From Chrysomallon squamiferum (lineage: Eukaryota; Animalia; Mollusca), in the NCBI GenBank assembly GCA_012295275.1, contig CM022668.1, positions 12,152,001-12,216,000 of the forward strand: a stretch of 64,000 nucleotides of DNA, given 5' to 3'. The notes beneath the pieces are model-generated. The model searched no databases, was not told the origin of the DNA, and was given only the letters and a program-made list of their open reading frames with translations. The first letter of the stretch is position 1, and each line of letters starts with the position of its first letter. Of the stretch, positions 58,037 to 64,000 are shown piece after piece. The translations under genes were made by a program, and so were the position numbers.

Positions 58037-58657
58037 ACAGTTTTTATTTTGCCTTTTGTTAGCTGTCATAAATGTTCCTTCAAATATTATTTATTAATAT
58101 ACATTCATTTTACTTTCGTTTTATATATTTTTTTTTTTTTTTTTTTTTTTTGCACATTTGCTTCATTTCAATTCACTTCATTTTTCTTTAAAGCATGTAC
58201 ATTTTTTTTTAAAAGAAATATTTTTATTTCCATTTGTTTTTTTTTTTTAAATATATATTTTTTAAATGAATGGCTTACAAAATTCTGAATGTACAATTTC
58301 TGTTTTGCATGCTTTTCATCTGAAATCTTATTCAGAATTATTTCTTTAAAAAAAAAAAGGAACAAAATTGTTTAAATTTAATATACTTTTATTTTATTTT
58401 GTTTAAAAAAAAAATCATTTCCAACCAGAATGATATATTAAATTATTTTATCCAGTAGAATAGCAATTTTCATTTCATTTAACCAACAGAATCTTTTTTT
58501 TAAAATCAATTTTGTTAATTTTAGTATTATTTTACAACACCCAATAGAAACTGATACCTTATTTATAGTAAACCAATAAAACAGTAGCTTTATTTAAATC
58601 AACCAATCAAAATCAAGGTCTTATCTATGTTAACCAATCCAACTTGTCCTACTACAG

Positions 58658-58771
58658 CCCTGTTGGATACGAGATTCAAGAAGAGGGACCGGTGCAGCTC
58701 ATTAGTTATGCGTCAGATACTGAAAGTGGAAGCCTTCGACTAGTAAAACCACCAAAGGACATTACACCTAG
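58658..58771 (+). CDS. Cassette exon, module copy 4 (PVGYEIQEEGPVQLISYASDTESGSLRLVKPPKDITPR)
   Basis: ctacag/gttggt, 114 nt phase 2-2. Confidence 0.85.
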
Positions 58772-59091
58772 GTTGGTCAAAGGGAAACCACTCTATGCAT
58801 GGAAACCTACTGTGTGTGTGTGTGTCCATCCATGTTTCATCTTGTAGAATTAAAGCCATGATTGTGTAATTCTATGCTTGCAGATTTTTTTGTTGTGTAC
58901 ATTGTGTTATTTGTATGTAAAAAATCTTCACTGGAAGATTTTCAGTTTTGTATTTCTTGTGGCTCGATTAGAAACTTAGTCTTATGTGACTTTTTTGTTT
59001 GTATCAGTTTTTGTTTGATTGTTTCCCTTTTTACTGAAAATGTAGCAATTTCTGATGGTATTTAACACATTTGAATTCAGTCTTGTTCCTT

Positions 59092-59134
<43 letters not shown>

Positions 59135-60312
59135 TTTATTAATTTTTCTTGTGATTATTTCCCCTTGTGATCATTTCCCATATTTTGAATGACAACTTTT
59201 GTACTTAACTTTTTCCATAGTATTGTGCTATATGTCTTAAATGACAATTATTTGTATCATAGTCTTGTTTGAATTTTTTTCCACATAGACTGCAGAATGA
59301 AACCAGAATAATTACTGTATACTGAATGTATTCTTTCCTTTATATTATAGATCTAATAGTGAGTGCAATCTTAAACGACTTTTTCTTTTTCTTGTATGCA
59401 GCCCAGAATTTCTGTTGAATGATGTAAATCTGTTGTATGCTTAAGTCTGTATGAAATATTTTGATATACTGTATGTATCCTTTTATATACAGTCTTATTG
59501 TGGCATGAATTATTATTTTGTTTGTTTATTAATTTAACATTATTTTAATTTTATTTAGTCTAAAATTTATATCTTGTTTTTATATAGATTGCTTTGGTTA
59601 GATATATATATATATTCTTTATATAGCTATATATGTATGTATAGTATGTTATTATACTATAATATTATTTAGCATACTGTTTGAATTAATAAATAAATAA
59701 ATAACATTAAGCTAAAACAGATTAAATCAGGTTTTTTTTTCAGGATTTGATATTTTTTTTATTTTAGACCAAAGAAAACAGCTGAATCAACAAATCACAA
59801 CAAAAAGAATTCATTATTTTTCAAAATATTTATTTATGTAGATTAATTTTCAATTGTTATTAACTTTATAAATATATTCATTTTTTCTTCTTTTGCAATG
59901 TTTTGTATTGTTATTTGTTTTTTATAAGTAAAAGTAAAATGTATTGATGTTAATTATGTATTTATTTGCCCATGTCAAAGATGCTTGTATCTTGAATGGA
60001 TGTAGAGATTGTTCAATTTGTTGTTGTGTAGTTTTAATTCCAGTCAGTTAATTTTATTTTTTTTTATTATTTTATACATTTATTAATTAATTTTTAATTA
60101 TTTATTTACATTTTATATTTTATTTTATTGGTTATTTGTTTATTGATTAATTTATTTTTATTATTTATATTTATAAATTTATTTATTTTACTTATTTATT
60201 TATTTATTTATTTAGTTAATTAGTTAGTTAGTTATTTTTATATTTGTTTATTTATTTATTTTTCTAACATTATCAGCACTATTAATTTTATTTTACATAT
60301 TTTATTTTTTAG

Positions 60313-60378
60313 ACCAGTTCCTGAACCAGAACCAGAACCAGTCTTGACCACCTTGCAGATCAAACAGAAAGATTACAG
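60313..60378 (+). CDS. Exon, probably constitutive (PVPEPEPEPVLTTLQIKQKDYR)
   Basis: ttttag/gtaagt, 66 nt phase 2-2. Confidence 0.8.
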
Positions 60379-60798
60379 GTAAGTCTTTTAAAAAACAGCA
60401 AGGCATTACATAACTGTTAGTATCTTACACTGTATAAATTATATATATTACTTATCTACCAGCTGTGATTAATTTTATATTGTCATTGGTGGATTTTCAC
60501 AGTTAAGACTTCTTATTATATTTTGCTTTTATTTTAAAATATTTTATTGTTTTATTTTTATTGTTTAGCAATCAGTATATGATGAAGTATGTTCCCATTT
60601 TTTCCCATTCTAGATTTTTTTTTTTTTAAGTATTTTTTTTAATATTTTTTAATAACATTTTATTTTATTATTTACTCACTTCATTTTGATATTTTTAATT
60701 TTTTTTTTAATGGTCAGTTGTTTTTTTTTTCTTTTTTTTAAAATATAGAATATTTAAATTTCAAATATTTAAATTTATCGATTGGTTTTGTCTGACAG

Positions 60799-60876
60799 GC
60801 CGGTTGCCCCACCTGCACCCAAGGTGGAGACTAAAAAAGTCGAAGCTTTTGTTCCACCACCACCACCACCTCCAAG
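60799..60876 (+). CDS. Small Pro-rich exon (PVAPPAPKVETKKVEAFVPPPPPPPR)
   Basis: tgacag/gtgaat, 78 nt phase 2-2. Confidence 0.8.
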
Positions 60877-62029
60877 GTGAATAGCAAACACCTGCTTTAC
60901 ATCTCACCTGCTCTTTCATTTTAAACAGAAACAGTCAGACTTGTATACATAATTATGTACATACATATACATGTGTGTGTGTGTGTGTGTGTATGTGTAA
61001 AGTACTATAAATCCATTAAGAACAAGTTTATATATTTATAGGTATGCCATTTAAGATTATGTTTATTTTAGTAATAAATTTAAGATTAAATTTTTTTTCC
61101 CCATGGAATTTGAATGACTGTGTGTAAGGAATGACCTGCTTTTAATTTCCAGTTTTAAAATAAATAGAACCATTTTTAAAAAAAAAACACTTTTAGTGAA
61201 TTAATTAGTCATTAATAATAATTTTCTTTTAATTTCAACTCACATTTTCTAAAAAGAATTTTTTTTTTTTTTTTTTTTTAATATTTGGTTTTATTTTGGT
61301 TTTCATCAACCCCAATTTTTAAATTTTTTTTTTTTTTTTTAAATTTTTTTTTTTTAATTATTATTATTTTTATTAAAGAGATCTTTTGTAGAAAACCTTT
61401 TTTAATATCTCCTTTATTCTTTATTAATTATGAAATAGTTTTAAAAAATGAAAAAGAAAAGGATTATTAAGAATTAGCCTGTTAAAATAGTTAAAAATGG
61501 GTTGAAAATGGCCTAATACTTTGCAACCCTAGTCTATTTTAATGGCCTAACTGAACTGGTCTAATGAGATTGTCATCTGCTATTTTTATTTCTGAGGGTA
61601 GTAAAAAAAAAATGTCTACCTGATGTAGTCAGATGCAGAAATAACCCATGTGGAATAACACAAAAGGATTCTTTTCTGTAATAATAATTATATCTAATAT
61701 TTGTTAAAATATTTTCTTTTAAAAATAATAAAAAGACAAAGAACATAAAATGGATGTTTTTTCTACAGTAATTTTTTTTGTCCCATTTGACTTTGTTTAA
61801 TTCAGTTTAAAAAATAATAGATAAAATAAATAATTAAATAAATAAATAAATAATTAAGAAAACATAATTTTTATTTTTTTTTGTCTTAAAAATAAGATTC
61901 TTTTCAAAGGAATCTAAAATCTCCAAATTTTTACTTTCAGAATTCAAATATCTTTAACTTTTTTCTCTCTTTATTCCAGTTCTTTTTTCTTTTCTTTAAA
62001 AAGCCCACGTAAAACTATTTTCCTTTCAG

Positions 62030-62227
62030 TGAACAAGTGAAAGTTCCACCTAAGAAAATCCCTCCCCCAACAGCACAAAAACCTAAGAGCCCCACCCTTA
62101 CAAGGGTGAGGCCCTCAAAGCAGGCCCCTGTTGAAGCTCCTAAACCCATTGTACTTCGACAGGAGCCACCTCCTTGGACTCCAGAAAAAATAGATGTTCC
62201 TACAGCTGTACAGAAATATCCCAAGGG
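62030..62227 (+). CDS. Pro/Lys-rich exon (EQVKVPPKKI...WTPEKIDVPTAVQKYPK)
   Basis: tttcag/gtcagt, 198 nt phase 2-2. Confidence 0.78.
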
Positions 62228-62268
62228 GTCAGTCATTTGGGTGTGGTCAGCATGAAGTTTTGATGTAG

Positions 62269-62302
<34 letters not shown>

Positions 62303-62360
62303 TGATTTTAGTTTTCTTAGTTTGTTTCCAAAATAATAGTTTAGTAGAATGGAGATAAAA

Positions 62361-62407
<47 letters not shown>

Positions 62408-62669
62408 ATGGAATATAGATGTATGTAAAATACTAGTGATATATATATATATTTTTAAGCTAATTAATTAAATATGAAATTTCAGGAAAAATAAATTAAT
62501 GATAATACTATTAGTACTACTAATAATAATGAATTAAGTATTCAAAAAGAATTCAGTTTAAAAAAGTAGAAATTTCAGCCATATGTAATAATTGTATATA
62601 TGGGTTTATCAGTTTTATGAAGTAATGTAAGAATAGAATAAGATGGAAAATGATTTTGTAAATTTGATA

Positions 62670-62704
<35 letters not shown>

Positions 62705-62794
62705 AATAATTAATAAAAATGATAATAGCATTATGGCAAGTAAATATTAGTTTTAATTTATTATTCAAATAAATATATAAATAATAAAAAATAA

Positions 62795-62827
<33 letters not shown>

Positions 62828-62858
62828 TTCTTACATGTAAAACAAAATTTATACTTCT

Positions 62859-62915
<57 letters not shown>

Positions 62916-62930
62916 GTAATAGTAATAGTA

Positions 62931-62965
<35 letters not shown>

Positions 62966-64000
62966 CATAATAATAATAACAATAATAATAACTTCTGTAA
63001 AATAAAATATACTGGGGTAATTAATATTAAGATGGTAGCTAAAGGTTTTCCCCTTCTTCTCCAGTTAAAATCTGTTCAGTTTCCCTTGTTTTTGTTTTTC
63101 TAGATATCACCGTCAAGAAATAGTTTTTTAAACCCTTCCTTCAGAGAGTGCTGCCCTTTGTTTGATTGTGTCCCTTTTCCTCAATTTAGTATCATGTTTG
63201 ATTATTTCCCTTTTTGATTACATCCATTTTATTTGTACCCTTTTTTTTTTTTTTTTTTTGTTGTTGTTTTGTTCACCACATACAAAATGTATTTTCATTT
63301 TCAGCTTTCATTTTTTAATTTAAGATGGAAATTGTGATTTTAATTTTTGTATATATGTATAGTTATGAATAAACCTTTTTGATTTTTATACATTTTTAAA
63401 TATTATATATAAATTTGAATTTTAATATAAATATGAATATAGATTTGTAATTTTATTTATTTGTTTGTATGTTTGTGTGTTGTTTGTGTGTTGATGTGCT
63501 TTCATTGTTAAAGTGTCCAGTAGGAATTCAAAACACATCTCAACATAAATAATCTACTGTTCCTTGACATAATATTTTTAACTTTCTTGTTTATATATTT
63601 CAAAAATTTATTGATATTTTGTTCTGATGGCTGTTTGGGTTTTTTTTATTTTTTTTTATTTTTAAAAAAAATCTTTTAAGTTCATTGTAATTTTTCTTAG
63701 AACTACAAAAAAGAAAGAAAATAAATTAATAAATTAAGACAAAGATACTTTCCAAAAATAAAATTTTTTATTTTATTTTATTTTATTTTAATTATGTTAA
63801 TTTATCTATAACACAGATTTATGAGATGTGTTTGTCAAGGTTACATTCTCTGTGCTTTTCTTTACATTGTTTGAATATCGTAATTCTCTCCCTTTTAATT
63901 TTCTCATAGTTACTATTTGTGTAGTGATTAAGTGTCAGTTTAATGTATAAATAACAAGCAGGGATTGTGAAATAAGTGCTAGAAATATTTATTTTAATTA

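Larger units (their letters stand above)
48880..58805 (+). promoter_or_regulatory. Cluster of intronic TGCATG (Rbfox-type) splicing elements
   Basis: At least 16 hand-counted: ~48887, 49044, 49146, 49516, 50933, 51522, 52406, 54677, 54794, 55205, 55326, 55844, 56538, 56740, 58306, 58796. Confidence 0.7.

Noticed and set aside
61478-61535. TTGCAACCCTAG resembling a transposon terminus
   Set aside because: No matching opposite end found
63104-63165. Possible exon YHRQEIVFKPFLQRVLPFV*
   Set aside because: Acceptor is plausible, but there is no phase-2 donor or homology support within the window

Overview
AT-rich, microsatellite-laden animal genomic DNA; the look suggests a lophotrochozoan, probably a mollusc (inference). 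The whole window is an internal part of one + strand giant muscle gene, with neither start nor end visible. I traced about 50 GT-AG exons by reading splice sites and phases. The encoded order is spectrin-like repeats (508-25814), 13 I-set Ig domains with Pro-rich linkers (26326-46588), then a block of phase 2-2 cassette exons (47130-62227) encoding Pro/Ala/Val/Lys-rich spring-like segments and four copies of a ~33-aa module (Y[DE]IQxxGPVQxIxY...LR). The last three Ig domains recall the N-terminus of Drosophila Sallimus/kettin, so the locus looks like zormin/CCDC141-like plus kettin/titin-like. The most notable signals are: (1) a pair of mutually exclusive spectrin exons whose intron can form a long-range stem bringing the donor close to the branch point; (2) a cassette system marked by weak donors and dense TGCATG motifs; (3) minisatellites made from splice sites, two of which coincide with garbled exons. 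Introns also hold a MITE, a tRNA-derived SINE and a dispersed repeat. Most entries in the ORF track are microsatellite noise. All homologies are from memory, not from searches.
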